A stretch of 64,000 bases of DNA from an uncultured Alphaproteobacteria bacterium (GTDB taxonomy: Bacteria > Pseudomonadota > Alphaproteobacteria > RF32 > CAG-239), in NCBI GenBank assembly GCA_949282205.1, contig CASDOS010000057.1:4037-68036 (forward strand). The letters run 5' to 3'. Shown here piece after piece: positions 45,100-55,677 of the stretch. Position 1 is the first letter of the stretch; the number at the start of each line of letters is the position of its first letter. The position numbers and the translations under genes are program-made. The notes beneath the pieces were generated by a model. It worked only from the letters and a program-made list of their open reading frames with translations, was not told the origin of the DNA and ran no database searches.

Positions 45100-46074
45100 A
45101 TGAAAATATTTCGTAAGCTCCTAGTGTTGTTAGTTGTATTGATGGCAGTGGGAGCTTTTTTATGTGTATGGATTGGACAGCAATTTGTGCGTGTTTATTC
45201 CGTTTCTCCTAAAATTGAAGTCGTTGTTCCTAAAGGTGCAGGCTTAAATAGAATTGCTCATTTGTTGCAAAATAAAGGGGTTATTGATGAAGCTCTCTTG
45301 TTTGTTCTTTATATGCGCTTAAATGGTTTGTCCGGGCAAATTAAAGCCGGTGAATATGCTTTTTTCGGGGAACTTTCTTTGAAAGATGTTGCGCATCGTC
45401 TGACTGATGGTGATGTTATTATGCGCACCGTTACAATTCCTGAAGGGAAGGCTTTGGCCGAGATTAAGAAAATTTTGCTCGATAATCCGTATTTGACGGG
45501 CGATATTACTCTTGATTTGAGTGAGGGGGAAATTTTGCCTGAAACTTATCATTTCTCTCGTGGCGAATCTCGTAACAGTATTCTTAAAAAAGCTAAACAA
45601 GCTATGCTGTATGAACTTGAAAAAGTTTTTGAGGGAAGAGATGCTAATTCTCCGCTCAAATCGCCTAAAGAATTGCTCATATTGGCGAGTATTGTTGAAA
45701 AAGAAACAGGTATTCCATCCGAACGAGGTAAAGTGGCTTCTGTGTTTGTTAATCGCTTGAATTTGGGGATGAAATTGCAAACTGATCCTACCGTTATTTA
45801 TGCGGTGACGAACGGACAAATGAATTTGGGACGTCCTTTGTATCGTAAAGATTTAACTATTGATTCTCCTTATAACACATATCGTTATCCAGGTCTTCCT
45901 CCAGAGCCGATTTGTAGCCCAGGTAGAGAGGCTCTCTATGCGGCGGCTCATCCCGAAATGACGAACTTTCTTTATTTTGTTGCCGATGGTGTTACTGGCG
46001 GACATCGCTTTGCAAAGAATTTGACCGAACATAATCGTAATGTTGTTTTATACCGAAGAAATATGCGGAAGTAA
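45100..46074 (+). CDS. mltG: endolytic murein transglycosylase MltG (YceG family)
   Basis: 324-aa ORF with an N-terminal TM segment. TIPEG, ASIVEKE and SPYNTY motifs. Synteny downstream of fabF. Confidence 0.85.
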   Translation: MKIFRKLLVLLVVLMAVGAFLCVWIGQQFVRVYSVSPKIEVVVPKGAGLNRIAHLLQNKGVIDEALLFVLYMRLNGLSGQIKAGEYAFFGELSLKDVAHRLTDGDVIMRTVTIPEGKALAEIKKILLDNPYLTGDITLDLSEGEILPETYHFSRGESRNSILKKAKQAMLYELEKVFEGRDANSPLKSPKELLILASIVEKETGIPSERGKVASVFVNRLNLGMKLQTDPTVIYAVTNGQMNLGRPLYRKDLTIDSPYNTYRYPGLPPEPICSPGREALYAAAHPEMTNFLYFVADGVTGGHRFAKNLTEHNRNVVLYRRNMRK

Positions 46075-46150
46075 TTGATTAGAATTTATATAAAAATAAA
46101 GGCGCTGGTTTTTTATCTTTAGCGCCTTTTTTGTTTTATGGGATTTGCGA

Positions 46151-46795
46151 TTATTGTTTTGTGGGAATAAATTTTAGTAAGTCTTCAGGTTTATCTATGA
46201 TTGTTTGCGCTTTTAGGTGTTGCAAAGTTGTTTTGCTTCTAAAACCCCACGATACACTAATGCATGGTACACCGGCGTTATTTGCCGTGGCAATGTCTAC
46301 TTCCGAATCGCCTACATAAATGTTTGCTTCTTGTTCGGCGTGTTGGGCTTTTATCAATGCAAATACCGCATCCGGCGCCGGTTTTTTCTTGACGGTATCG
46401 GTTACGCCTTGCGCATGGTTAATCAAGCCGCTAAAAAATTTTTTAGCTAACGCTTTTACGCCTTCATCAAATTTATTTGATACAATTCCCATTTTTATGC
46501 CTTTTTGTTGGAGAACTTTTAGTAGGGGGATTATCCCTTCATAGGGCACTGTATTGTCATTTAAATGTTCGGAATAGTAGCTTTTAAATGTCGCAAAAAT
46601 CTCAGAAAATTTAGGGTTGCTCTTGCCGTTTGGAATAGCTCCGGCGACCAACATGTCTATTCCGTTGCCGAGTAATGATAATGTTTCTTGTTCGTTCTTT
46701 AGGGGGAGATTATGCTCTTTTAAGGCATAATTTAATGCTATTTCTAAATCTTTGGCGGTGTTTAGCAATGTTCCGTCTAAATCAAAAATTATCAT
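46151..46795 (-). CDS. HAD-superfamily hydrolase (phosphoglycolate phosphatase-like)
   Basis: 214-aa ORF. The motif IIFDLDGTLLNT is followed by the SNK and GDSEVD motifs of HAD subfamily IA. Confidence 0.7.
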   Translation of the reverse strand: MIIFDLDGTLLNTAKDLEIALNYALKEHNLPLKNEQETLSLLGNGIDMLVAGAIPNGKSNPKFSEIFATFKSYYSEHLNDNTVPYEGIIPLLKVLQQKGIKMGIVSNKFDEGVKALAKKFFSGLINHAQGVTDTVKKKPAPDAVFALIKAQHAEQEANIYVGDSEVDIATANNAGVPCISVSWGFRSKTTLQHLKAQTIIDKPEDLLKFIPTKQ

Positions 46796-46831
46796 TTTTT
46801 CCTCTTTGTTTTCTGGTTTTGTTATTAAATT

Positions 46832-49564
46832 TTAGTGTGCTTCGCCCCAATTATCGCTAATGCCGACTTCCGCAATCAGGGGGACTTTTAAGTTTATTCC
46901 GGTGATATTTTCCATCTCTTGTTTTATGAGTGCAGAGGCTGTTTCTACTTCATCTTCCGGTGCTTCAAATACTAATTCATCATGGACTTGCAGTAACATC
47001 TTGGTTTGTAAGTCGGATTGTTTTAATTTTGCGGAGATGCGGTTCATTGCCAATTTGATAATGTCGGCGGCTCCGCCTTGTATCGGGGCGTTTATCGCGG
47101 CGCGTTCCGCAAATGAAGATACTCGCTTGTTACTGTCTTGAATCCCGTATATGCTGATTTTGCGATTAAATGGTGTGGTGACATACCCATTTTGACGGGC
47201 GAAGTTGATTGCTTTTTCCATATAAATCTTAACTTCCGGCATATTCGCAAAGTATGCATCAATATAACGTTGGGCTTCGGCCGGCGTGCTTTCTATCTCT
47301 TTTGATAATCCAAAGGCGGATATCCCGTATACAATTCCGAAATTTATTGCTTTGGCGCGGCGACGATGGTTCGCGTCTACCTCATCATAGGGGATACTGA
47401 AAACTTGGGCGGCGGTCTTACGGTGAATGTCTACGTTTTCTTGGAATGATTCTTGCAAAAATTTGACATCGGCAATGGTCGCTAATAGTCTTAATTCTAC
47501 TTGCGAATAATCCGCCGCAATTAATTTGCATCCCGATTTGGCGATGAAACATTCTCTGATTTCTCGTCCTATCGGTGTGCGTATCGGAATGTTTTGTAAA
47601 TTCGGATTTAAGGACGATAAGCGGCCCGTATTGACCGATATTTGACTATATGTGGTATGAACTCGATTTTGTTTATCTATTAAAGATAAAAGAGCCGTGG
47701 TGTATGTCGATTTTAGTTTTTGATATTGACGCCATTCCAAAATCTTACGCGGTAGTTCGTGTTCTTCCGCCATTTGTTCTAATACTTCCGCGCTGGTATT
47801 TAATGAACCAGAAGTGTGTTTTTTACCTTTTAATCCTAATTTGGTATAGAGAATTTCTCCGATTTGTTTGGGTGAGCTTAGGTTAAACTCTTCTCCGACC
47901 ATATTATAAATTTCTGACGATAATTTATTCATTTCTGCGTCAAAACGTGTATCTAATTGCTTCAGCTTTAAGGTATCGAGCATTACTCCTTCTCTTTCCA
48001 TTTCATGCAGTACGGTAGAGAGCGGACGGTCGATTTGTTCATATACATACAGCTTTTTTTCAGGCAGTAGTTGAGAGCGGAAATGTTTGTATAAGCGATA
48101 AATGAAATCAGCTTCTTCAGCAAATAGCATTAGCGCATCTTCTGTGGGGAAAGTTTTGAAATCCGTCTTTTTATACTCGGGGGCGGAACTTTGGGGGAGA
48201 ATATTTAGGATGCTTTCAGCTAGGTTCGGTAATGCGTGAGTTACTGATGAGCTGTTTATATCATACGACATAATCGCTACATCATCATACGGAAAAGCAT
48301 CTAATTTAATCTTTAATTCTTTTTCCAATAAACGCAAATTTTCTTTGATGTTTAGGGAAATTTTTAAGACTTCCGAATTGGTGAATAACGGAACTATAAA
48401 CTGTTTTAATTCCGATATGTTTATGCCTTTTTGTGTACTTGTTATTGGGGCAAATAAATCTGTTGCGGGGGTATTCTCTTGTGTGATTGGTATATAGTAC
48501 GCAACAGCGTTGTCCAGTCCTACGGAAAATCCTAATAATGTACTATCTTCCATATGAACTTTGAACGAAAAGGTGTTATTTTTGAGGATTTGATTTTGTA
48601 AATCTTTTAATTCGCTTGCGGTTTGAACGAGTTTGTAAACCGGTATCAGTTTCTTTTCTTCCGGTAAAGCGCAACATCTTTGTTTAAGCCAATTAGCCGC
48701 TTTGTTTTTTAGACTTTTGAATGCATGGCGGTCTAATAAGTTAATCAAAATATCTTCATGGGGTGCCATGCATCGCAAATCTTTTAATTGTATTTCTACC
48801 GGAACATCGGCTTTTAATGTAACGAGCTTTTGGGATATCAATGCGTCTTCCTTGTGACTTATTACCAATTCTCTACGCTTGTTTTGTTTGATTGCTTCGG
48901 CGTGGTTCAATACTTCTTCCAGCGAACCGAACATATTTACCAATTCGGCGGCGGTCTTTAATCCGATACCCGGAATGCCCGGGATGTTATCGGTTGAATC
49001 TCCGGCTAAGGCTTGCACATCGGTTACTCTTTCCGGATATACGCCAAACTTCTCTTTGACATCTTCGGGGGTGAAAAATTTGTTTTTCATTCCGTCATAG
49101 AACTTTACTCCGGGGCGGATTAATTGCATTAGGTCTTTATCTGCCGATACGATGGTGACTTCTTTATTCTCTCTTAAAGCTAAATCGGTATAGGTGGCGA
49201 TTAAGTCGTCGGCTTCATATCCTTCCATTTGTAACCAATGCAAATTTAATGCCTCAACCACTTCATGTATAAGCGCAAACTGCGGTTTTAACTCCGGTGG
49301 AAGTTCCGGTCGGGTGGCTTTATATTCAGGAAAAAATTCATTGCGGAAATTTTGACGTTTCGCATCAAATAATACTAAGCAATAATCGCATTTGATGTTG
49401 GCGGTCAGACTCAAAAACATGTTCAAAAATCCATATACGGCATTTACCGGCAAACCTTCCGGATTGGTCATCATCGGGCTTGCAAAAAATGCTCGGAAAA
49501 TATAGCCAGATCCGTCAATTAAACATACTTTTTCTTTGCTGCTTTCCGTTGTTGTTTCCGTCAT
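46832..49564 (-). CDS. polA: DNA polymerase I
   Basis: 910-aa ORF with a 5'-3' exonuclease domain (LIDGSGYIFRAF), a central 3'-5' exo-like region and a family A polymerase domain (DYSQVELR, QVHDELVFE). Confidence 0.95.
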   Translation of the reverse strand: MTETTTESSKEKVCLIDGSGYIFRAFFASPMMTNPEGLPVNAVYGFLNMFLSLTANIKCDYCLVLFDAKRQNFRNEFFPEYKATRPELPPELKPQFALIHEVVEALNLHWLQMEGYEADDLIATYTDLALRENKEVTIVSADKDLMQLIRPGVKFYDGMKNKFFTPEDVKEKFGVYPERVTDVQALAGDSTDNIPGIPGIGLKTAAELVNMFGSLEEVLNHAEAIKQNKRRELVISHKEDALISQKLVTLKADVPVEIQLKDLRCMAPHEDILINLLDRHAFKSLKNKAANWLKQRCCALPEEKKLIPVYKLVQTASELKDLQNQILKNNTFSFKVHMEDSTLLGFSVGLDNAVAYYIPITQENTPATDLFAPITSTQKGINISELKQFIVPLFTNSEVLKISLNIKENLRLLEKELKIKLDAFPYDDVAIMSYDINSSSVTHALPNLAESILNILPQSSAPEYKKTDFKTFPTEDALMLFAEEADFIYRLYKHFRSQLLPEKKLYVYEQIDRPLSTVLHEMEREGVMLDTLKLKQLDTRFDAEMNKLSSEIYNMVGEEFNLSSPKQIGEILYTKLGLKGKKHTSGSLNTSAEVLEQMAEEHELPRKILEWRQYQKLKSTYTTALLSLIDKQNRVHTTYSQISVNTGRLSSLNPNLQNIPIRTPIGREIRECFIAKSGCKLIAADYSQVELRLLATIADVKFLQESFQENVDIHRKTAAQVFSIPYDEVDANHRRRAKAINFGIVYGISAFGLSKEIESTPAEAQRYIDAYFANMPEVKIYMEKAINFARQNGYVTTPFNRKISIYGIQDSNKRVSSFAERAAINAPIQGGAADIIKLAMNRISAKLKQSDLQTKMLLQVHDELVFEAPEDEVETASALIKQEMENITGINLKVPLIAEVGISDNWGEAH

Positions 49565-49711
49565 TTTCTTATCCTCAAATTTGTTCTTTATGCAATATAA
49601 TGGCTTTATTCTTTGTGGTAAAGGGAAAACTCGCGGTTTTACTATTTTTGTTTACTTGAGGTTAATTTTGTGCTATTATAAGAGTAATTATTGAGATATG
49701 AAAGGGGGACG

Positions 49712-51295
49712 ATGATGAACGATGGATTTAATAGTATAGAAATGAAGGAATTACTTCCGGAATTGTTTGCCAGAGAAAAGAATTTTTCTAAGCAGGATTA
49801 TTATAATGAGGTTGTTCGTATCTGCCCTGAATTTAAGAAAAAATGGTATGAAACTATTCCGTCTGAAAAGCAAATTCAAGAGATGGTTATGGAATATTGT
49901 GAGTATGGGGTAGTTGATGGTAAAACCAGTATTCCTGAAGCGGAAAAAGCTCTGGGTATACAAATTGGGGAAAGGTATAAATTTCCTCAGGGTATGACAG
50001 ATTTGGAATATGCTAAGGATCATTTTTACAGATATGGGCTTTTTCCTGATTTTCAGACAGATAATGGACGTTCTGCTTGTTTTCAGGTGCTTGAAAAAAG
50101 TGATGGTACTAAAATAAAAAAACTTGATAAAAAATTGGCTTATGTGCAGGCTTGGCGAAATTTGCATTATCCAGACAGAGAGACGGTACACCAGAGTTTG
50201 TTGAAAGATTGGGATGAGTTGTGTGAACTTAATCCTCAACTTAAAGAAGTTCAATTTGATAAATCTAAAATTTCTTCATTGATTATGGCAAAGGCTGGCG
50301 TTAAGTATGATTTTCCGCACAAAGATATTGAAATGTTTGTACAAGAAAATGAGAGAGGCGTTAAAAATATCGGTAGAAATCACAACGAACGCATTATGAG
50401 GGAATTAAAAGAAGCGGGAATTAATGATTTTAGACCGCATTGGGTGCCGAGCTCCGAAACAATTAAGATGATGGGGGAACGTTTAAGAGAAAAAGAAGCT
50501 CGTACCAAACAACAAGATATTGCCGCTTTTAAAGATGTGATGGATAAAAATGCAGAGAAATTTGAGCAAAAGTTGGCGGCAAAAGGCGGTGTTCATACAG
50601 CGAAATTAACTGCTCAGCAAGTGGCTAAACAAAAAAGTATTATCGCTAAAGCCGCTGCTGCGAATGCTAAATTTGATAAGGCTGTCGATAAAGCTGTTGA
50701 ACATGGGGCGCAGGCGCTTAATAATACTAAAGTCGGTAAAGCCTATGAAAAGGCGGCTCAGGCGGTTAGCGAAACGACGGCGGCGAAAACTGTTTCGAAA
50801 ACAGTTGAAAAAGTTACGCAAAAAGCTGCTCAAACCACAGTGGGTAAAGCTGTTACAAAAACTGTTGCCAAAACAGTCGGTAGTTCTGTCGGTAAATCGG
50901 TTTTGAAAAAAATTCCGCTAGTCAGCTTAGGCGCAGGTGCGTGGTTTGCTTGGGATAGAATGAAAGATGGCGATTGGAAAGGGGCTTGCGGTGAGTTGGC
51001 TTCCGGTGCGCTGGGTTGTTTCCCAGGGGTCGGAACAGCCGCAAGTACGGCAATTGATGTCGGGTTGGCGGCTAAGGATATTTCCAGTGTTGTGGTTGAA
51101 AATAAACAGCCTCAGACCGCAGAACAAAATGAAACGAAAAAAATTGCGGCGGGTAGAGCTCCTAAAGATTTGAGCAAACAAATTGAAGAGCGTCTTAATG
51201 CGGAAAAAGCAGAGCTAAATGATAGTACTAAGGTGCAAAAATTAATACCAACGCAGTTGACTCTTATTCAAAAGCAAAAACAAAATTCCGCTTAG
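49712..51295 (+). CDS. hypothetical protein with a K/A/T/V-rich repeat region and a C-terminal Gly-rich hydrophobic segment
   Basis: The ORF is open from 49691. ATGATG at 49712 follows AGGGGGA. The N-terminal 300 aa are helical and unrecognised. The region nt 50775-51080 encodes KTVSKTVEKVTQKAAQTTVGKAVTKTVAKTVGSSVGKSVLKK followed by LGAGAWFAW...GALGCFPGVGTAASTAIDVGLAA. Confidence 0.55.
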   Translation: MMNDGFNSIEMKELLPELFAREKNFSKQDYYNEVVRICPEFKKKWYETIPSEKQIQEMVMEYCEYGVVDGKTSIPEAEKALGIQIGERYKFPQGMTDLEYAKDHFYRYGLFPDFQTDNGRSACFQVLEKSDGTKIKKLDKKLAYVQAWRNLHYPDRETVHQSLLKDWDELCELNPQLKEVQFDKSKISSLIMAKAGVKYDFPHKDIEMFVQENERGVKNIGRNHNERIMRELKEAGINDFRPHWVPSSETIKMMGERLREKEARTKQQDIAAFKDVMDKNAEKFEQKLAAKGGVHTAKLTAQQVAKQKSIIAKAAAANAKFDKAVDKAVEHGAQALNNTKVGKAYEKAAQAVSETTAAKTVSKTVEKVTQKAAQTTVGKAVTKTVAKTVGSSVGKSVLKKIPLVSLGAGAWFAWDRMKDGDWKGACGELASGALGCFPGVGTAASTAIDVGLAAKDISSVVVENKQPQTAEQNETKKIAAGRAPKDLSKQIEERLNAEKAELNDSTKVQKLIPTQLTLIQKQKQNSA

Positions 51296-51366
51296 ATAAA
51301 TTAAACCTTTTCTAACTAAAATGTGTTATAAATTCTTTAATTGATGTTAGAATAGGGTTTTTTAGG

Positions 51367-53232
51367 ATGAAAAAAATACGTTCAAATCGCAGAAAAATAA
51401 AAAAAACAGCAGAATTGGATGAAAAGCAAGTCAGCCGAAAAAAGAAATTGCGGAATGCGGCTCGGAAAAGAGTTATTTCTCGGAAAAATAAGGGAAAATC
51501 ATGGAAACTTAAATTGTTTATGATTTTGCTTTGGTTGACCGTTGTTGTGGGCGTCTTGGGTGGTTTGTTTGTTTATTATTGCTATAAAACTTTGCCCGAT
51601 TTTTCTAAGGCTATTTATATTGAAAGACAGCCCGGAGTTAAAATTTTAGCAGCTGATGGACGCGAAATTACTTCTTACGGCGGTCTGTTTGCTGAACCTG
51701 TTGATGTTGATGAATTGCCTGCTTATGTCTATCAGGCGGTTATTGATACCGAAGACAGACGCTTTTTTAAACATAACGGATTTGATTATATCGGCTTTGC
51801 TCGGGCTATGGCTGTTAATTTGGTTAAAATGCGCTATGCGCAAGGGGCTTCGACAATTACTCAACAGGTGGCAAAAAATCTGTTTCTGACACGCGAAAAA
51901 AGTATTAAACGCAAAGTTCAGGAGTATCTTTTGGCGCAGTGGTTGGAAAAACATTTTACTAAAAAACAAATTTTGAATATTTATCTTAATAGGGTGTTTT
52001 TCGGTAGCGGTGCGTATGGGCTTAATGCTGCGGCTAAACGTTTCTTTAATAAACAAGCCAAAGATTTAAATTTGCGTGAGGCGGCAATCTTAGCCGGCGC
52101 TCTTAAAGCTCCGAGCCGATATAATTATCTTAGTGATAAATCGCTGGCTTTGCAACGTTCCGAAATTGTTTTGAAATTAATGCGCCGGGCCGGCTCTATC
52201 TCTCTTCAAGAGTGGGAAAATGCTATTAATCTGCCTATCGGTGATGCTAATAAAGATAAAATTTTGGGCGCTCGGTATTTTGGCGATTTTATTATGAGTG
52301 AATTGTCTAAGTCCGTTAAAATTTCTAATCAAGATGTTTATGTCTTTACAACTCTGGATTATAATTTGCAACAACGCGCCGAGTATTTGTTGCGTAAATA
52401 TTTGCGACAAAATGCTCATAAACATGTATCCGAAGGGGCTGTGGTTGTTTTGGACAGAAACGGGGCTATTAAGGCTATGGTCGGTGGGGCTGATTATAAT
52501 ATAAGTCAGTTTAACCGCGCAACTCAGGCTTTGCGACAAGCCGGTTCTTCGTTTAAATTGTTTGTTTATCTGACCGCGTTTGAAAATGGTTTTTCTCCTG
52601 ATGAATTATTGGCGGATGAACCTATTCGTATTGATGATTGGGAACCGCAAAATTATGATAAAAAGTTTAGAGGCGCCGTTAGTCTTAAACAGGCTTTTGC
52701 TCAATCGCTTAATGTTGCTACTGTTGATTTGGCTACATATCTTAATTTGGAAGATATTATTTCAATGGCGCTGAAACTTGGTATCACTACTGATGTCGAT
52801 GATGAACCGTCTATTATTTTAGGGGCTACGGAAGTTCGCGTTATCGATATGGCCGCGGCTTATGCCGCAACCGCTAATGGCGGTTTTGCCGTCTTTCCTT
52901 ATGCTATTCGTGAGGTTACTAATACGGACGGGTATCGCTTGTATCAATACAAGTCTTCGCAGAGAGAGAGAGTTCTTAAACCTGATACAGTGCGCAATAT
53001 TAATATGTTATTGCGCGAAGTTGTCGCTTCCGGTACGGCTAAAAAAGCGCGTAAAGTTAAAAATGCGCGCGGGAAAACAGGGACTTCGCAAAATTATCGC
53101 GATGCTTGGTTTATTGGTTCTAACGATCGTTATACCGCCGCCGTATGGGTTGGTAATGACGATAATTCACCTATGGATGAAATAGGGGGGGGAACTTTAC
53201 CGACGGAAATTTGGGCCGAAATTATGAAATAA
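51367..53232 (+). CDS. mrcA: penicillin-binding protein 1A family (bifunctional transglycosylase/transpeptidase)
   Basis: 621-aa ORF with an N-terminal TM segment. GT51 motifs EDRRFFKHNGFD, GASTITQQ and RKVQE. Transpeptidase motifs SSFK and KTGTS. Confidence 0.85.
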   Translation: MKKIRSNRRKIKKTAELDEKQVSRKKKLRNAARKRVISRKNKGKSWKLKLFMILLWLTVVVGVLGGLFVYYCYKTLPDFSKAIYIERQPGVKILAADGREITSYGGLFAEPVDVDELPAYVYQAVIDTEDRRFFKHNGFDYIGFARAMAVNLVKMRYAQGASTITQQVAKNLFLTREKSIKRKVQEYLLAQWLEKHFTKKQILNIYLNRVFFGSGAYGLNAAAKRFFNKQAKDLNLREAAILAGALKAPSRYNYLSDKSLALQRSEIVLKLMRRAGSISLQEWENAINLPIGDANKDKILGARYFGDFIMSELSKSVKISNQDVYVFTTLDYNLQQRAEYLLRKYLRQNAHKHVSEGAVVVLDRNGAIKAMVGGADYNISQFNRATQALRQAGSSFKLFVYLTAFENGFSPDELLADEPIRIDDWEPQNYDKKFRGAVSLKQAFAQSLNVATVDLATYLNLEDIISMALKLGITTDVDDEPSIILGATEVRVIDMAAAYAATANGGFAVFPYAIREVTNTDGYRLYQYKSSQRERVLKPDTVRNINMLLREVVASGTAKKARKVKNARGKTGTSQNYRDAWFIGSNDRYTAAVWVGNDDNSPMDEIGGGTLPTEIWAEIMK

Positions 53233-53250
53233 ATTTTTGCTCGGAAATTA

Positions 53251-53601
53251 TTATATCCCCATGTCGCGGATAAATCGTGTTCCAGTAATGCTCCCGTTGG
53301 CAAATTTGCCTCTTACCTCTATCAGATGATTGTTGAATTTGCGCCATTTTTTTATGGTGGAGCGATTGCGGGTAAATTCTAACTCAATGTTTGCGGTCCC
53401 GTTCTCTGATACGCGTTTGTTGTAGCCGATATGACTGCAATCCGAACTGCCTATGCCGAAATCGTTGCGGGCAAGTTGTATATAGCCACGCTCTCCTTCT
53501 TCAAAATATTTTCCGCACCAGTTTTCTGTTTCTGCAGTGGCAGGGGAGATTGTTATGTTGCTCAAACACAAAAACAGTAGTGCTAATGCTGTTTTTTTCA
53601 T
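53251..53601 (-). CDS. small secreted protein, function unknown
   Basis: 116-aa ORF with signal peptide MKKTALALLFLCLSNITISPATA. No family recognised. Confidence 0.5.
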   Translation of the reverse strand: MKKTALALLFLCLSNITISPATAETENWCGKYFEEGERGYIQLARNDFGIGSSDCSHIGYNKRVSENGTANIELEFTRNRSTIKKWRKFNNHLIEVRGKFANGSITGTRFIRDMGI

Positions 53602-53730
53602 TGCACAACTCCTTAATAGTTTATTTTGGCTTATGTTATATATTATTTTTGTTTAATTGTCAATAGTTTTGTCCACACATTTTGTTCTATTTGGTATGTT
53701 TATTGCGAGATTGTTACATGGCGATAAAAA

Positions 53731-53765
53731 AAACAAACAGACCGACGTGCTGTGGCGGTCTGTTT
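53731..53765 (-). terminator. intrinsic terminator
   Basis: On the minus strand: cagaccg-N11-cggtctg followed by TTTGTTTTTTTT. Confidence 0.6.
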
Positions 53766-53790
53766 GTTGATAATTAAACTGTTTTGTCGG

Positions 53791-54084
53791 CTAAGGCGCA
53801 ATCTGTCTATTTAAATCAATGGCTTGATAGCACTGATTAAATATTTCGGCGGAAATACCATAAACATCGAGATTGTTGGCATGTAAATAATCTCCGCGGC
53901 TTAAATATTTGGGACCATCATGCCAAGGAACTTCATAACGAATGTCTTCGGTTAATTTGATGAATGTGTGTAGACTCTTATCCGATTGTTGACGACTGTA
54001 ACAGTATACCAACTGCGAGTTGTACGGTTTCGACAGCTCAAATGCAATGAAATTTTGTACTTCTTCGTAAGTATAATTCTTCAT
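53791..54084 (-). CDS. hypothetical small protein
   Basis: The ORF is open to 54162. The internal start MKNYTYEEVQNF at 54084 gives 97 aa. No family recognised. Confidence 0.4.
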   Translation of the reverse strand: MKNYTYEEVQNFIAFELSKPYNSQLVYCYSRQQSDKSLHTFIKLTEDIRYEVPWHDGPKYLSRGDYLHANNLDVYGISAEIFNQCYQAIDLNRQIAP

Positions 54085-54273
54085 AATCCTTATTGTTTTT
54101 ATAGTAATATCTTCATAATTTTTAATCTTTGTCAGTCTAGTTGTTTCGTGGGGGGATGGCAAGACTTTTTTTAGCTAATTACTCATTTTTTATTTTTATC
54201 GCGCTTATTAAGTTTATTTTTAGAAGAAAGTGCTACATTCTGATAAAAGTTAATGACCATATAAGGGCTGATT

Positions 54274-55677
54274 ATGTCGAAATTACATTTTACTTTGAAA
54301 GATATCTTTGCAATATCGGTGATATTGTGGTTGTGGAATTTGTGCTTGCCTTATACATTGGCGACAGCTTGCTTTATTTGTTTGGCTTTTGTCGGGTTGG
54401 GATGGAAATTCGGTGAACGTGCGTCCTTTGCTGATGCTTGTTTTATCGCCGCATTCTTGTTGAACCTTTGGTATGTGCTGGCTTCTTGGGGAAATGTGCG
54501 GCAATATGATTATTTTAATTTTGTGATGCATACCGATTATTTTTTACAACACGATTTCTTTTTGACGCATCCTACGGCTTATTGGAAAACGGTTTATTTT
54601 CAACCGCCGCTTTGGGGATTGTTTTCTGCATTGGTGACAAAGTTTTCTATGTGGTTGGGCGCAACCCGGAGTTTGGGATTTGACAGTGTGCGTTTTATCA
54701 GCTTGTTTTGTGTGTCAGGAGCAGGAATCTTGTTTTGGCGATTGTTAAATCAGTTGAATTTTTCCGAAAAACTTAATATGGGTTTGTTTGCGCTTTTTTG
54801 TTTTTTTCCTGCCCATGGAATTGTCGCTAATCTGGTTAATAATGATGCGCTGACATATTTTTTGATGCTGGTGATGATTTATTCCGGCTATAAATGGTAT
54901 CTCGAGGGACGGTGGAGTGATTGTTTGTATCTTTCTTTGGCGCTCTTTCTTGCCGGATTGGTCAAATTCTCCGGTCTGATGCTTGTACCCGCTTTGGGAT
55001 GTTTTGCTTTGTTACGCTTAATGGCTGAGAATGATAAATTTAATCGTGGCATGTGGGGACAATTTTTTACGATTGCCATGGCGACTATTTTCGGTTTCCT
55101 CTGGGGATGGTTCTTGTTATATCACGATTTTCCGTTGGTTCCTCCGCCGGTTAATAATAATTTTCAAGATTTGAGCGCTTATTCAATCGGACAACGATTG
55201 GGGTATTTGAATAATCTGTTTGTTCCTTTTGCGGATATTCGAAATGGTATTAGCGAGCCCAATGTATGGTTGGCTTTGGTCAAAACCTCTTTATTTGGTG
55301 AATGGAGTTGGCTGGGATTTGTTTGGGCTGCGATTTTGTATGCTTGGGGTATCTTGTTTGCTGTTTTCGCTTTGGTTACTTTCTTTTCTCTTCTTAAATA
55401 TAAATTAGGGTTAAATTGGGGTTTTAATCTGTTTATCATTGTGGCGGTCTTTTCTGTGGTCGCGGCTTGGATAAATTTTTGGATTGAATATCCGTATTTT
55501 TGTTCCAGTGAGTTTCGTTATGTCATGATTCTTCTGCCGCTTGCTCTGATTTGGATGGGGAATTTTCTCTCTCATAAAAAACTGCCAAAATATGCGTCTT
55601 ATACTTTGGCAGTGCTTCTTGTTCTCTTTATTCTCGCTCGCTTTATGCTTTATCTAAATACCATTGGACCGTTTTAA
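54274..55677 (+). CDS. polytopic membrane protein, GT-C / ArnT-PMT-like glycosyltransferase candidate
   Basis: 467-aa ORF with about 12 TM segments and an acidic/aromatic first loop (YDYFNFVMHTDYF). It converges on the rfb operon. The call rests on topology and context only. Confidence 0.4.
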   Translation: MSKLHFTLKDIFAISVILWLWNLCLPYTLATACFICLAFVGLGWKFGERASFADACFIAAFLLNLWYVLASWGNVRQYDYFNFVMHTDYFLQHDFFLTHPTAYWKTVYFQPPLWGLFSALVTKFSMWLGATRSLGFDSVRFISLFCVSGAGILFWRLLNQLNFSEKLNMGLFALFCFFPAHGIVANLVNNDALTYFLMLVMIYSGYKWYLEGRWSDCLYLSLALFLAGLVKFSGLMLVPALGCFALLRLMAENDKFNRGMWGQFFTIAMATIFGFLWGWFLLYHDFPLVPPPVNNNFQDLSAYSIGQRLGYLNNLFVPFADIRNGISEPNVWLALVKTSLFGEWSWLGFVWAAILYAWGILFAVFALVTFFSLLKYKLGLNWGFNLFIIVAVFSVVAAWINFWIEYPYFCSSEFRYVMILLPLALIWMGNFLSHKKLPKYASYTLAVLLVLFILARFMLYLNTIGPF

